Shown here piece after piece: positions 41,901 through 55,500 of a stretch of DNA of 64,000 bases; positions within the stretch are counted from its first letter, which is position 1; each line of letters starts with the position of its first letter. The translations under genes were made by a program, and so were the position numbers. The notes under the pieces were generated by a model. The model saw only the letters and a program-made list of their open reading frames with translations. It searched no databases and had not been told where the DNA came from. Source of the DNA: Monocercomonoides exilis PA203 (taxonomy: Eukaryota; Protista; Preaxostyla); contig LSRY02000017.1 in NCBI GenBank assembly GCA_001643675.2, positions 372,001 through 436,000 of the forward strand, written 5' to 3'.

Positions 41901-44900
41901 CACAACAGAATCTCGTTGAAGCTCAAGCGCCTGGTAATACCTTCGCATCAGCCTCTGTTTCTCTCTCTGCTTGTGACACTTCTCTCTTCGCTCTTCTTCA
42001 TCACTGATGATGGAGCTGTCGGAAAGGAATTCACTTTCTTCATTTTTTTATGTTTTCTTCAGAGAATTTCTTCTAATCAATGATATACTCTCGTTTTCTT
42101 CTGCTTTTGCTTTATATTCATTTTCATTGAAGCTATTATCCCTATCACTTGCATGCTTTAATTCCTTCCTCAACTTTATTTTTTCTCTTTTTCTTCTCTC
42201 CTCTCTCCTCTCGTTCCTTGCTTCTCTCTTTCGCTCTCTCTCTTTCTCTCTTCCTCTTCTCCAGATTCTCTGCATATCGCTCCATCATCCGAAACTCTGC
42301 AAACAGCTGTATTGCATCAAATACATCGGGAGGGAGAACAAAATATTGTCTTTTCCTTCTTCCTCTGAGCTGTTGCTTCATCCTCTTTATCTGCTGCTCT
42401 TCGCTTGTCAGAAATCTGTTTCTGGAAGAGCAAAGCAACGAGGAGGAAGAAGTAGATTAAGAAGAGCACGGTGGACATGAAGCAGAAGCAACTTGTGCAC
42501 AGCGGTTGAGATAGCTCCGGTGGAGTAGACAGTGCATTGTTCTTATGCGGCTCATCATGGCAATCTCAGAACGATGAGGTGGTTTGGGATGGAGAGAGAG
42601 GTCAGTTACTGCTGGAGAAGATGAGGAAGATGAAGGAGAGGGAGAAGAAGATGATTGAGGAAGAGAAAGAAAAGATTCATTGGGTAATGAAGAAGGAGAT
42701 GTGCCTGTGCCTGTGCCAATGCCAGCAATTGAATGAGTCAAAAATGTTTGTGTTGAATTCTGATTGCTTTTTCTTTGTCTTTGTCTTCGAGGCACATAAG
42801 ATGGATTCAGATCGCATCTGACTGAAAAACGGACAATTCTCTGCTCGAAATGAGGCTGTTTGCAAGCGAACCGAATCTTCTTCGCAGAATGCCATCTCCG
42901 TTGTTCAGCACTTGCTCAAAGAGGAAATCGTCAATGAGATTGGTTGCATAGCCAGGAAAGCCAAATGTGTTGATTGTGTTAAAGGATGAGTAGTTTTCGA
43001 GTGTCAATGGATTGACTCCACATTCATCGACTGCCTCGTCTGTGTCAAGATGCTCTACCCAATCGCCTAACAGTCTAAAACCAGGAAATTTCTCTCGTTT
43101 CTCTTTCTCTTTTCCTTTCCCTCTTTCTCTCTCTTTGAGTTTTTCCTTCCACTTCTCCTTCTCTCTCTCCCTCATTGCTGTTATTCGTGTTATTCCTCTC
43201 ACAGCATTTTCTCTTTTTCCCTTTCCATCTTTCCCACCATTCCCATTCTCATACATTCCAGTGAAAATAGCCATCATCCTCTGCTCTTTGTTCGACATCT
43301 GTTTGTTTTTCTGCCCCCATCTCAGTCTGTTCTGTCTCAATTGAAGTTTTCTTGCGCGAATGTTTGAAAATTCGTTGTCTTCATCAAAAAGAGGCAGCGG
43401 AGGAGGAGGAAAATCAGGTGAAGTTGAATGAGAAAGAAGCTATTGAGTGAGAAAAGAATGAAGGAGAGAAGGGATGTGTGAGAGAGAAGAGAGAGAAGGG
43501 AAAGAAGGGAAAGAAGGAGAAAGTGAAGAAAGGGAAGACGATAAAGAAGAAGTGGAGATGGAAGGAGTTGATAAAGAACGAATAACAGAAGAGAAAGAAG
43601 AAGGTTTGAGGGATGTTTTGAAGCTAAGTTGTGGTTGTTGATTAAGATGCTGATGTTGATGACGAGAACGAGAAATGAAAAAGAACATGAATAAGAAAAA
43701 TTAAAAGAAGAAGAAGTGCACGATGTGTTAAATGAGTAAATGTACGTTGGACACAGATGATGAATAGAGGTAGAAGAAGGAGAAAAGAGTTGAGTGGCGA
43801 AATGGAAATTGAAAGAAGATGAAAGATGAGAAAGAGGAGAATATTGAAGAGCTAATGAAGAAGGAACAAGGGAAGATCTGTTGGTTGAGAGAAGGCGGTG
43901 AATGAAAGGTGTATTGAATGAAAGAAAAGGATTAGGAGGAAGAAAAGGATGAGGTGGAGAAAGAGAAAAAAACAAGAAGAAATTGTATGATATGTTATTG
44001 ATATATATGATAAAGAAGAAAAAGAAGATGATGAATAAATGGCATGAGATGATTAATTGTTGGAAATAAAGAAGATGAGTGTCAATTCACATCAACTGAG
44101 AAATTCAATAAAATTCTCTTCTTCAGGATTTTGTTTTTTTCTGGCAAATAATAGCCTCTGAATCCTTTTCACTTTCAGCTCAATCCTCTTTCTCTCTCTC
44201 AAACTAAAAATACAAAGCATGCGTCAATCTCTTTTTGATTTCATCTTTCAAGCTTTCAATTCCCCTTCTTTCACAAAAAATCATCTTTTCTCAAAAACTA
44301 TTCTTCGCCAAAGCCCAATTCCAGGCATCTTCGAAATTTCTTGAATTTCATTTGTTCGTCTTTATTTGTTCTTCCCCACTTTTCTTCTTCTTCTTCAAAG
44401 CCATATAATCCTTCGCTTTTTCAACATCCTGAATGAAAAAATAATAATCACTTCAAAAAATATTCAACAAACCTTCTAAACATTTTTATATGGAATTTTC
44501 TGTTTTATATTCCATTGCACACTGTTTCCCTCCAATAAAAATTCTTTATTCCTTCCATTTTCAAATATTTCTTTTCTGATTTTCTAATCGTCCTTTCCGG
44601 AAGTCATTTTCCCATCAAATGCATCGATTTCCCTCTCTTCTGAAAAATGTGAAACTTATGTATTTTCTTCAATTTCATCTTTCTCATTGAAAAATATCCT
44701 TGTTTCTCGTCTGAAAATATCATTCCAAATTCCTTCCCAATCCCTTCACCCTGGGCACTTTCCATATGAATTCGCTCTCCCAACTTTATGGTCACCCTGC
44801 ACAACGAGATATCCCGCCTTCATTCATTTTCATTCATTTCTGCCTCCTGCCCTGAAAGAAAGAATAAAAACGGTCAATAAAAAATAATCATATATAGAAA

Positions 44901-44958
44901 TAATAAATAAATACCAAACTTCCTTCTCTGCCTTTTATTAGCAATTATTCTTTGGCAT
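39000..44958 (-). pseudogene. Decayed large low-complexity gene (left arm cargo, pointing outward)
   Basis: Collinear minus-strand ORF pieces (42807-43340, 42457-42795, 42145-42438, 40422-41948, 39719-40258) separated by single stops. Its 5' end lies in the 1,249-bp repeat. Confidence 0.55.
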
Positions 44959-45477
44959 ATCAATCATATAAATATTTTCATTAAAAACAAAAGAAAGAAC
45001 ACCTATTGATTGTCTATGAAAAGATTTGTTTAAAAACATGTGTTTTCCTCATATGATAACAAATAACAAACCTCGATGCAACGTCAATGTGAGAAAAATT
45101 GTTGAAAGAACATTTTGAAATAAAGTTATGGAATTTTTTCTCATTGAAAAAAGTTCTAAACACACATTTTTTTTAATCATTTTTAATGAATATTGTTGTT
45201 TTAATAATTATGAAGCGTATGAACACTAATAGAATATAAGCATTTTCTCGTTCTTGAAAGAACAAAAAAGCGAAAAATTTTCATAGATTTTTGATCTGAA
45301 AATTTGAGATACATTTTTCGAAAAAGAGGTCACACCTTGGTACCCCTTTTTTTGACATATTTCACACACAGTCATTCTAACAAATCGATTCATGCGAAAA
45401 AAATGCCACCCAAGGTGTGACCCTCGTGGGATACCTTAAAAATATTTTTTCCTTATGATCAGATCCATAATTATTTG
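44229..45477. repeat. Left copy of a 1,249-bp inverted repeat
   Basis: Reverse complement of 51301-52549. Identical 66-aa ORF pairs in the track (44604/51974, 44687/51891) and equal lengths. Confidence 0.95.
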
Positions 45478-46301
45478 AATATGCATAAAATTGTCTGACT
45501 TTTGTGTTGTGAGACGATTATTCTCCATTTGTTATTTGCACAAAATTTTAACATTCTGACATTATTTTGTGTAGTATTTTGTTGTTTAGTCGTTTTTATG
45601 GATGAAATTTTTATATTTGTGATGTTGAAAGTTTTTGAAATGAATTTCTTTTTCTTTTTTAAGAATCTTCAAATTCAAAAAATAATAAATATAAAAAATA
45701 AAGAATAAATGATCTTAAGTAGTTTCCCAAAAGTTTAATAATTGAATAAAAAATGTTTCATCATTATTGTTCAAATAAAATTATTTCCGCATTTAATTTT
45801 GAACGAATAAATCGAAAAAATATATAATTTCTTCAAGGTTGTATTTGTAAAAAAATATTTTAATCTGTAATTCAAAATATTTTAATTAGTCATCCATTCA
45901 TATATTAACAATTTTGTCCATTTAGTAAAAATAAAAAAATCAAAATGTTTTACTAAACTTTCATCTCTGATTAAATTTTTTTTTGAAAAAACATATTTTA
46001 TGCTGAAATAAAACAACTCAATATTTATTTTAAAAAAGAAAAGAAAATCAGTTTGACATTTAATATTGTTGATTATCAAATTTTTGTATTTATTTATTTA
46101 TTTATTTATTTTTTATGATTTTATGATTTCATTAATGAGCTTTTTGGATTGCTATGTGTCTTTTGAGAAAATTAAATTGTGAGAAAGAAAAAAAGAATTT
46201 CAATAAATAAAAATAATAATAAAAAAACAGTGAATGACTTCGGAATTTTTATGATTTTTTCATACTGAAAATACCATTATAAATTAAATATTTCTCAAAA
46301 A

Positions 46302-48826
46302 ATGTCTTTTTTGAAACCTCAATCAACTCTTAATTCTAGATCGAAAATTCTTTGGAAAGAAATTGAACGCATCGGTGGAGATGATATTGATTCATTGCTT
46401 GTCTATCTATTTTACAACTACAGGCAATCATCTTCAGTAATTAACGATTTGTTGAAGTCAATAAACGGTTTGATTATTTTTTAGTTAAGTTTTATATTGT
46501 AAAATTTATGGACTGTCATTGTTGTCATTTTCTTATTTATTTGCTAATTATTTTTATTTATAAACAGAATATCATATAAAGCTGCTGGAAGACCTGTCTG
46601 TGGTGTACAACAACGCTCCGTTGCACACTCAGACAACAATGCTGCAAGCGCTTTCCCGCAACACATCATTGTCCGATTTACTGGACTACGGATATGATGT
46701 CACAGAGGGAAAATTTATTTACGCGAAGCAAACACTGAAGAAAAACCAAGGATTTATTATTCCGCCTCAAAAACCTCATCTTCCGTCTTGCAAAAGTGGT
46801 TTGTATTTATTTAAATTATTTTAAATAATGTTCTCTTTTTTCCTAAGGCTTAAATGAACAGGATTGGGAAAAGGGCAACAACTGGATGTTGGCCCATTCA
46901 ACTGAAGCTTCAACTTCGCTTCAGTCAGCAAAAAAAAAGCAGCGAGCTGAGCCAGATTACTCAAGATTTATTGACGAAGCAGCGTGGGATGAAGAAATAA
47001 TTACGGAAAATTCTTCTTCAAATAAAAAACAATCTTCTTCTTCTTCAACATCATCTCAACAAAATAAAAAATCGAATCCCATTTCAGAAAATAATTCTCC
47101 ATCTTCAAATTCAACTTCTTCTCAAGCTGTTGATGCTCCAATCAGTACTCCAATTAGGAGAGAAAGGGGTTCAACAAAAATAAAAACAAATAAATCACAG
47201 CATAAACGTCATTCATCTCCTTCACCAATTCCAATTCACAAACTTTTCAAAACAAAAAAATCAACATATTCCTCTTCTTCCTCTTCTTCCTCTTCTTCCT
47301 CTTCTTCCTCTTCTTCCTCTTCTTCCTCTTCTTCCTCTTCTTCCTCTTCTTCCTCATCCTCCTCATCCTCCTCATCCCCCTCATCCCCCTCATCCTCCTC
47401 ATCCTCCTCATCTTCCAAAAAGCAACAAGAAGAATCAAAAAATTCTTCTCACATCGAAAAATCTTCAACATCCTTTCGCAACGATGATGTGTGGGTGAGT
47501 GATCAATTAGTCGAATATGCCACTTCACCCACTCTTATTCCTCCTCAAGCATTCCAAAATCTTCTTTCGTTATTTTCAAAAGAAATCAACACTTCATCTT
47601 CTCAACATAATACACAAACAGATGATAGTGATTTATCGCTTTGTGATAATTTTGCACAAACCATGTCAAACAGCAATGCAATGGATGTTCTTCCTGCAAT
47701 TCAATCTCCTTTCATCTCTCTGTCTTCTTCTCATTCTTATGATTCTTCAAAAACATTATCAAAACTGTCAAAAGGATTACCGAATTTGGGAAACACCTGC
47801 TATTTTGCTTCTCTTCTTCAATGCTTCTCTTCTGTAATGTCACAAAAACCATCTTTATTCAAAAAACGATCAACAACAAAGAGCATATCTTCTCGTGTTT
47901 TAAGTGTATGCAATCAACTATCCAAAGATGGAAATGAAATTCGTTCGTGGGTCCCATCGCTTATTAATAAATGGGAAAAATATTGCAACTATGGCTGCAG
48001 GCAGCAACAGAATGTGATAGAAGCATTTGAAAATCTTCATCAACTTCTTCAAATTAATAAGATATTAGAAAAGGATACCTTCAATCCTGTGCTCATTACT
48101 CATTTCAAATGTCAAAAATGTCAAAAAGTTTCTAATCATTTCAATGAAGCCTGCAGTAATGTTATCATTAATTCATCATCTCCTCATAAAGGTCTATCTT
48201 CTATCTTTTCAACTGAGATATTGAACGGAAAAAATGCTGTCTATTGCAACGATTGCAAAGAGAAATGCTGTGCTGCGAGATGGGAGGAAATGGCTGCATT
48301 TCCAGACGTGCTGGCCCTCTGTCACGAATGCACTGATTCTGCTAGCTCTGCTCCTTCGCGAACTCTTCTGATTGAAACAGATCGTGTTTACAAGCGAACA
48401 TTTATCAAAGGGTTTTTAACAGAAAGTATTCAACATCTCCAAAAGAACAATAATGAAATCATCATATATCATCTTGTTGGGCAAATTCTTTTTCAGCGTC
48501 TGGATCAACAAAATGGGCATTACATTGCAGTTGTGAAAAGGAAGGCAGGAAGAGAGGCACTGTGGAATATTTGCAACGATTCTGATGTACTTGAATTGGA
48601 CAAAGAAAACTGGACAAAGGAATGGAAGGATCTTTATGCTCAAGGTTTCACTCCTTCGCTCTCATTCTATATCAAAGAAAAAACCAAACCAACTTTTTCA
48701 TCAATTCAATTTGGTGGTTCTTTTTCTTCTTCTTCAGAAACATTAGATTTAAACTATTTAAATAACACATCATCATCAACAACAACAACATCGTCGTCTT
48801 CGTCATCATCATCATCATCATCATCA

Positions 48827-48862
<36 letters not shown>

Positions 48863-50236
48863 TCGTCTCCATTCATCACTCCACCTCATCGTTCAACTTT
48901 CATTCCTCCACTTTCTTCGTCAATTTCAACAAGATATGGATTGGAAGCTTTGAAAGATAAAAGAAAGAAAACGGGCATCTTTTCTCCCAATGAAAAGAGA
49001 TTAATCTTCAAGCCCAAGACGAAATTATGGAGTGAGTTCACAGAAGAAACAAACATCAAAGTTTCTCTGTCACATTTCTACAAACTCACTACTAACTTCT
49101 CGAAAGCGAAAAGGCGCACAGATCTCTGTGGCATGTGTGAGAAACTCAACTATCTGGAAAACAAATTAAAGTCATCTCAAAACAAAAATGGACTTTCTTC
49201 TGCTGAGTTTCATACACTAAAATTACTTCGTCAACATCGACTTGTTGCAGAAATGCAACGAAAACATTATCAATCAACTGTCGACAATCTGAAAGAGGGA
49301 GAAGCAGTCTTCGTCTTCGACTTCAAAGAGAAATGGAAACTCCCTATCGGAAAGAACCAACTTCAACAGGAATTCTTTAATTACCAACAAGTCTCTCAAT
49401 TCACAATCATTTCTCTTCAAAAAATAAATAATCAACAAATTAAAAGAACTTTCAACTTCTTCTCCGACTGCCTTTCAAATGATCACAGATTTGTTATTGA
49501 GTGTCTGGAATCTGTGATCAAAAGACACTTCTTCTCAGACACTCATACTTTTAAGTTCTTCTGCGATTCTGGTCCACACAACCGAAATCGCTTCCTTCTT
49601 CACTTCATCCTATCCAAACAATCAAAACTTTTGAAAAAGAAAAACACTCAACTCAACTTCTTCGCTGAGCACCATGGAAAAAATATTTGCGATAGTGAAT
49701 TTGGTGCACTTGTGAACACAATCAACAACAACATATCAACTGAACACATCACCACACTTCATGACTTAATCAACTTCTTCGACAACAATATGAATGTTTC
49801 AACATCTGCTTCTTCGACATCACAACAAGACATTTTTGAATCATCCTCAACCAATTCTTCTCCATCAACATCAACTGTCAATAACTCTGTGCATGAGAGG
49901 TACTTTGAAGAGTATGTACCATCTCAGCAAATTTCATGGCCATCTCTGTCAGTCCCTCACATGAAGGACTACTTGTATTTTGAGCGCAAGGGCTCATTTG
50001 TCTGTGCTTCAGCTGTTGGATATCTTCCTCAACGCTCTCTGGTTGCCCTCGAATCTTCGACAATTAAAGAAAAAGTGCAACGTTCAAGAAAGACCTTCAA
50101 CTCTGGTAACACATCATCTAACTCTTCTCTTCTTTCTCAATCTTCTCAAGATCTTCTTTCAAGGAGATTTGAGCTTCTTCTTGACTCTTCTTCTTTTAAT
50201 GAATCTCAAAATTGTATTAATGGTGTTCCCTATTAA
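46302..50236 (+). CDS. Sola2-like DDD transposase with an inserted ubiquitin-specific protease (C19/USP) domain; 3 exons (46302-46467, 46568-46798, 46848-50236), 1,261 aa
   Basis: USP Cys box GLPNLGNTCYFASLLQC, QQNVIE, two CxxC fingers, His box GHYIAVVK..WNICNDSDV. Transposase features: TDLCGMCE, H..AEMQR, VFDFKE, QQEFF, FCDSGPHNRN, FFAEHHGKNICDSEFG. Both introns splice in phase. Confidence 0.85.
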
Positions 50237-51300
50237 GAAACTAGTTGTTGTGTATGCTCAGCTGGCACTCGATCGGAAGGGTGCTGGACATGACTGTTCG
50301 TATTAGATATTGCAGCCTTCGGGCTGCTTTATCCGGACCTGGATACGACGAACAGCCTCCCAGGTACACAATAGTTAGAATCCGATTGTTTTCTTTTGGT
50401 TATTGTCCCAATATTGTCCCTATTTATTTCTTGGTTATTGTCCCGCTTATATATGTATTTATCGAGATTCATTAATAGAGAGTGTTGTGAAGGAATTCAT
50501 TGATCTTTGACTGAGGTTTTTGGAAGGGAGAGTTGTTGAAAGTGTGAAATGTTGGCTTATCATTGTGTCTGTCTTTTTTCAATGTTGGATTTGATCTTTT
50601 GAGTCAAAGTGAGAGAAATATCAGAAAGTGCAGAGTGGATGGAAAACAGAGGGAAAATAGACAAGTTAGTTTTTGAACTTTTTGTATAAGTTTTCTTTTT
50701 GTTAGGAATTGTCTTTGATACCATGAATTTGTTGATATAGTAATGCTTTTTATTGAATCTTTTTTGTTCAGAATTTTTGGTTATTTGATAATGATGAGTG
50801 AGAATTTCGAGAGAATGAAATTGAAAGTGAATAAGTTTGTGTTAGCTTGAATGAACAAGACGTTAATATTGTTTATTTTGTTTATCGTTTGATGTTGCGA
50901 AAAGTTTTTGAAATTGTTTTTATTTGTTTTGTTTTGTTTTTCAAGTGTTTCAGTTTTTATGTTTGTTTGTTGTTGTTTCAAAGAACCAACTCATTTATTT
51001 CGAAATATTTTTAACATTGTGCACAGCGAACTAATTTTATTATTTGAAATGTTTTTGTTAACAATAATGAACAACAATAATGTGAAAAAATCAAATCAAC
51101 TGATTTCATCAAGGATTTGAAAAAACAATGAAAAAATTTATATTGCAATTAAGAGTGAATATACAGCTAAGAATTCTTATCCATTAAAAATAAACGAAAC
51201 GAAAAATTATCATCTCATCAACGAACAGATTAAATTAAAAAATATATATATAAAACACAAAAATTTCTTAAAAAAAAAAAAAGGAAATTTCATGCAAATC

Positions 51301-52549
51301 CAAATAATTATGGATCTGATCATAAGGAAAAAATATTTTTAAGGTATCCCACGAGGGTCACACCTTGGGTGGCATTTTTTTCGCATGAATCGATTTGTTA
51401 GAATGACTGTGTGTGAAATATGTCAAAAAAAGGGGTACCAAGGTGTGACCTCTTTTTCGAAAAATGTATCTCAAATTTTCAGATCAAAAATCTATGAAAA
51501 TTTTTCGCTTTTTTGTTCTTTCAAGAACGAGAAAATGCTTATATTCTATTAGTGTTCATACGCTTCATAATTATTAAAACAACAATATTCATTAAAAATG
51601 ATTAAAAAAAATGTGTGTTTAGAACTTTTTTCAATGAGAAAAAATTCCATAACTTTATTTCAAAATGTTCTTTCAACAATTTTTCTCACATTGACGTTGC
51701 ATCGAGGTTTGTTATTTGTTATCATATGAGGAAAACACATGTTTTTAAACAAATCTTTTCATAGACAATCAATAGGTGTTCTTTCTTTTGTTTTTAATGA
51801 AAATATTTATATGATTGATATGCCAAAGAATAATTGCTAATAAAAGGCAGAGAAGGAAGTTTGGTATTTATTTATTATTTCTATATATGATTATTTTTTA
51901 TTGACCGTTTTTATTCTTTCTTTCAGGGCAGGAGGCAGAAATGAATGAAAATGAATGAAGGCGGGATATCTCGTTGTGCAGGGTGACCATAAAGTTGGGA
52001 GAGCGAATTCATATGGAAAGTGCCCAGGGTGAAGGGATTGGGAAGGAATTTGGAATGATATTTTCAGACGAGAAACAAGGATATTTTTCAATGAGAAAGA
52101 TGAAATTGAAGAAAATACATAAGTTTCACATTTTTCAGAAGAGAGGGAAATCGATGCATTTGATGGGAAAATGACTTCCGGAAAGGACGATTAGAAAATC
52201 AGAAAAGAAATATTTGAAAATGGAAGGAATAAAGAATTTTTATTGGAGGGAAACAGTGTGCAATGGAATATAAAACAGAAAATTCCATATAAAAATGTTT
52301 AGAAGGTTTGTTGAATATTTTTTGAAGTGATTATTATTTTTTCATTCAGGATGTTGAAAAAGCGAAGGATTATATGGCTTTGAAGAAGAAGAAGAAAAGT
52401 GGGGAAGAACAAATAAAGACGAACAAATGAAATTCAAGAAATTTCGAAGATGCCTGGAATTGGGCTTTGGCGAAGAATAGTTTTTGAGAAAAGATGATTT
52501 TTTGTGAAAGAAGGGGAATTGAAAGCTTGAAAGATGAAATCAAAAAGAG
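51301..52549. repeat. Right copy of the 1,249-bp inverted repeat
   Basis: Mirror of 44229-45477 (paired positions sum to 96,778). Confidence 0.95.
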
Positions 52550-55500
52550 GAAAAAAGGAATTGTCACATGTTTATTATTTGCATCAGCGAGAGAAAGAAG
52601 ATAAAGAAGAATTAATGATGAATTTGGTGAACAGTGTTACAAGAAGAACAAAAAAAATGGAAGAAGAAAAAAAGAATTATCATTTCATTGAATTTCTCCA
52701 TTAATTATAATTTGCATTAATCTTCAAAATCTTCGATCTTCAAAAACCTCATAATTACACTTCTCCTTTTTCAACAGACGAGGCAAAACCACATCACATG
52801 CCTTCTCCTTCTTCCTTATCTTCTTCTTCTTCTTCTTCTTCTTCTTCTTCTTCTTCTTCTTCTTCTTCTTCTTCTTCTTCTTCTTCTTCTTCTTCTTCAC
52901 CTTCTTCCTCTTCCTCTTCCTCCTCTTCTTCTTCTTCTTCTTCTTCTTCTTCTCCCAATGATAATCATAATTCTTCTTCTTCTTCTTCTTCTTCTTCTTC
53001 TTCTTCTTCTTCTTCTTCTTCTTCTTCTTCTTCTTCTTCTTCTTCTTCTTCTTCTTCTTCTTCTTCTTCTTCTTCTTCTTCTTCTTCTTCTTCTTCTTCT
53101 TCTTCTTCTTCTTCTTCTTCTTCTTCTTCTTCTTCTTCTTCTTCTTCTTCTTCTTCTTCTTCTTCTTCTTCTTCTTCTTCTTCTTCCAAATCCACCACCG
53201 ACTCTCGGTCAGAAGCGATGAGCGTGATGAAGAAGGAGCCGGAGATGAGCTTCGATTCGACTTCTCATTTTTCCTCCGAATGTTTCATGAACGGAGTGGT
53301 TGTTGGCATCCTTGAAGGCATCGTGGCAGTGGGAAAGCACGGCATCTTTCAGAACAAGCAGCAGTGAAGAGAAATGGCAGGGAAACAGATGAGAAGAGCG
53401 AGAAAAGAGAAAAGAGAAGAAAAAGAGGGAGATGGAAATGGAGAGGAAGAGGAGGAAGATAGAGGGAGATGAGATAAATATTAAGAGGAAGAAGGAGTAA
53501 TGGGTGATTCAGAACCCAAAAAGCGAAGATACGAAGAAAGTGCAAAACGGAAGATATAGAAAGAAGAGAAGGAAGAACTGGGCAAGCTGCAAAAAGATAA
53601 TTTTTACGAGTGTGAATCGAGCCACTTTCGAGAGCAGGTGATCAAAGACACTGTGGAAAATAGGCTTAATGATGAAAGAGAACAAAATACCGAAAAGAAG
53701 GCAAAGCAAAAGGAGCACAAACAGAATTCGTCACGAGCGCAGGACATAGATACAAGAAATCATCGGAATACACCATCATTATCTTCTTCTTTTTCTCCAC
53801 ACAGCAATTCTCACAATCGATCTTCTTATTCAGTCTCCTTCTTCGAAGTGAGCGAAGATGAAAAAGACGAAGGAAACAACGAAGCAAACGACACTACAGA
53901 TGGCTCAGATTATCCATAACATGCAAGGAAATCAGCAGAACGAGATGTTCGAATGGATTTTGGCTCATCCTGCGTCTTCAGAGCGAATCAAGTGCGACAA
54001 GCGCTGATGATGCAGCCAAGTGAGTTTGCAATATACAACTTTGTGGTATGTGCTTCGCAGATTGGATATGTTCCGTATGGAGAGGAAGAGGAAGAGACGG
54101 AGAAGAAGGAGATAGAGAGGAGGAAAATGAAGGAAAAACAGAAAAAGGACTGACTTGTCGAACTCCAAAGGGAGCACAAGGGATGAGAATGCAAAAAAAA
54201 CAGAGAGTGCCTTTTTATCACAAAATATACAACAAAAGATGTACGTCAACATCATCATCACTTGCAAGTTTCGATAAATCTGACACAAATAAAAGCGAAA
54301 AATCTTCTTTTTCGTATTCTTATTCTTCATCCAGCGAAGTGATCTATACAGCCTGTTCTCCACACACATATTTTACCACAAATGACTTGGCGCGTCTGCT
54401 CTCTTCATTCAGCAACCATCCCAAACGATTCTATCACAGCATAAACATTTTGGGAGGAGCTGTTTCTTCGATAAGGAGAACACATCACCAATTGATGGAA
54501 GATGATTCTGAAGTATCTTCATTTAATGAAAGCGTTGAAGAAGAAAAGAACAAAGAATTAGAATCATCTCAAAATCCAAAAAAAAACATTCACACAAATC
54601 TCAAAATCATACTTTTTCTTCTTCTTCTTCTTCTCATTCTCTTTCTTCTCCTCCTCATTATGCAGACCATCGTCTTCGTCTGATCAACCGACTTGCGTAT
54701 GTGATGAGTGTGCGGACGCTGCATGTGGTCGAGCAGTAAAACTTGACACGTTTTGTGCACTGGTTAAAAGAGCTGGTGAGATGTGAACTTGTGGAGAATA
54801 ATAATGAGCAGGCAGACGTGGAGCAGGAGTAGGAGAAAGCAACATGGCGGAACAGAACGCGTTTTGAAGAAGGAGATGCAAAGAACAGGTGAAAGAGGAG
54901 AAGATGCTGAGCGCAGAAGAAATAGCTTCCTCTTTTGATAATTTTATTTCAAAAGTTAAATGCGATGGAGAAACGAATGGGATGAGTCAGCTTGGCAACT
55001 TGAGTGATAACAATAAACTTGATTCTGCGACTCAATCAGAAGAATTCAGCAACTTTCAGATAGTGCTTGGCAGGAAAGGCGACTTTGCTCAGCCTCCAGA
55101 AGTTCATTTTGCCTCTTCTGCTATTCTCAACTGCAACTCCGTATTCATTCACAGGCACAGAATAAACAGCAACATACTCATTCTTCTTCTCTTCCTCCTT
55201 CCTCTGCTTTTCCACTTGGTTTGCTTTCTTCCTATTCTACATGTCTTCATCCACACAGAAGAAGGGCTGGCCATCAGATGAAGAGTTCTGTTGAGCCAGA
55301 GGCAAAAGGGAAAAATGAATTTTTTTTTTATCAAAAGAATACTGATTCATTTTGTTGAGTGCTCAGATTGAAAGGGACAGAAAGAGGAGAAAATGAAGAG
55401 GTGAAATGATGATTTGGAAGATGAAGGAGGTCGAGGAAATGAGGGAGATTGAGGTGAATTGCCATCAAAGCAGATGAAAGGAGGTTATAAAAGGAAATTA

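Noticed and set aside
44229-52549. The 1,249-bp repeats as TIRs of an independent 8.3-kb element
   Set aside because: There is no TSD, and diverged homology continues beyond the outer ends.
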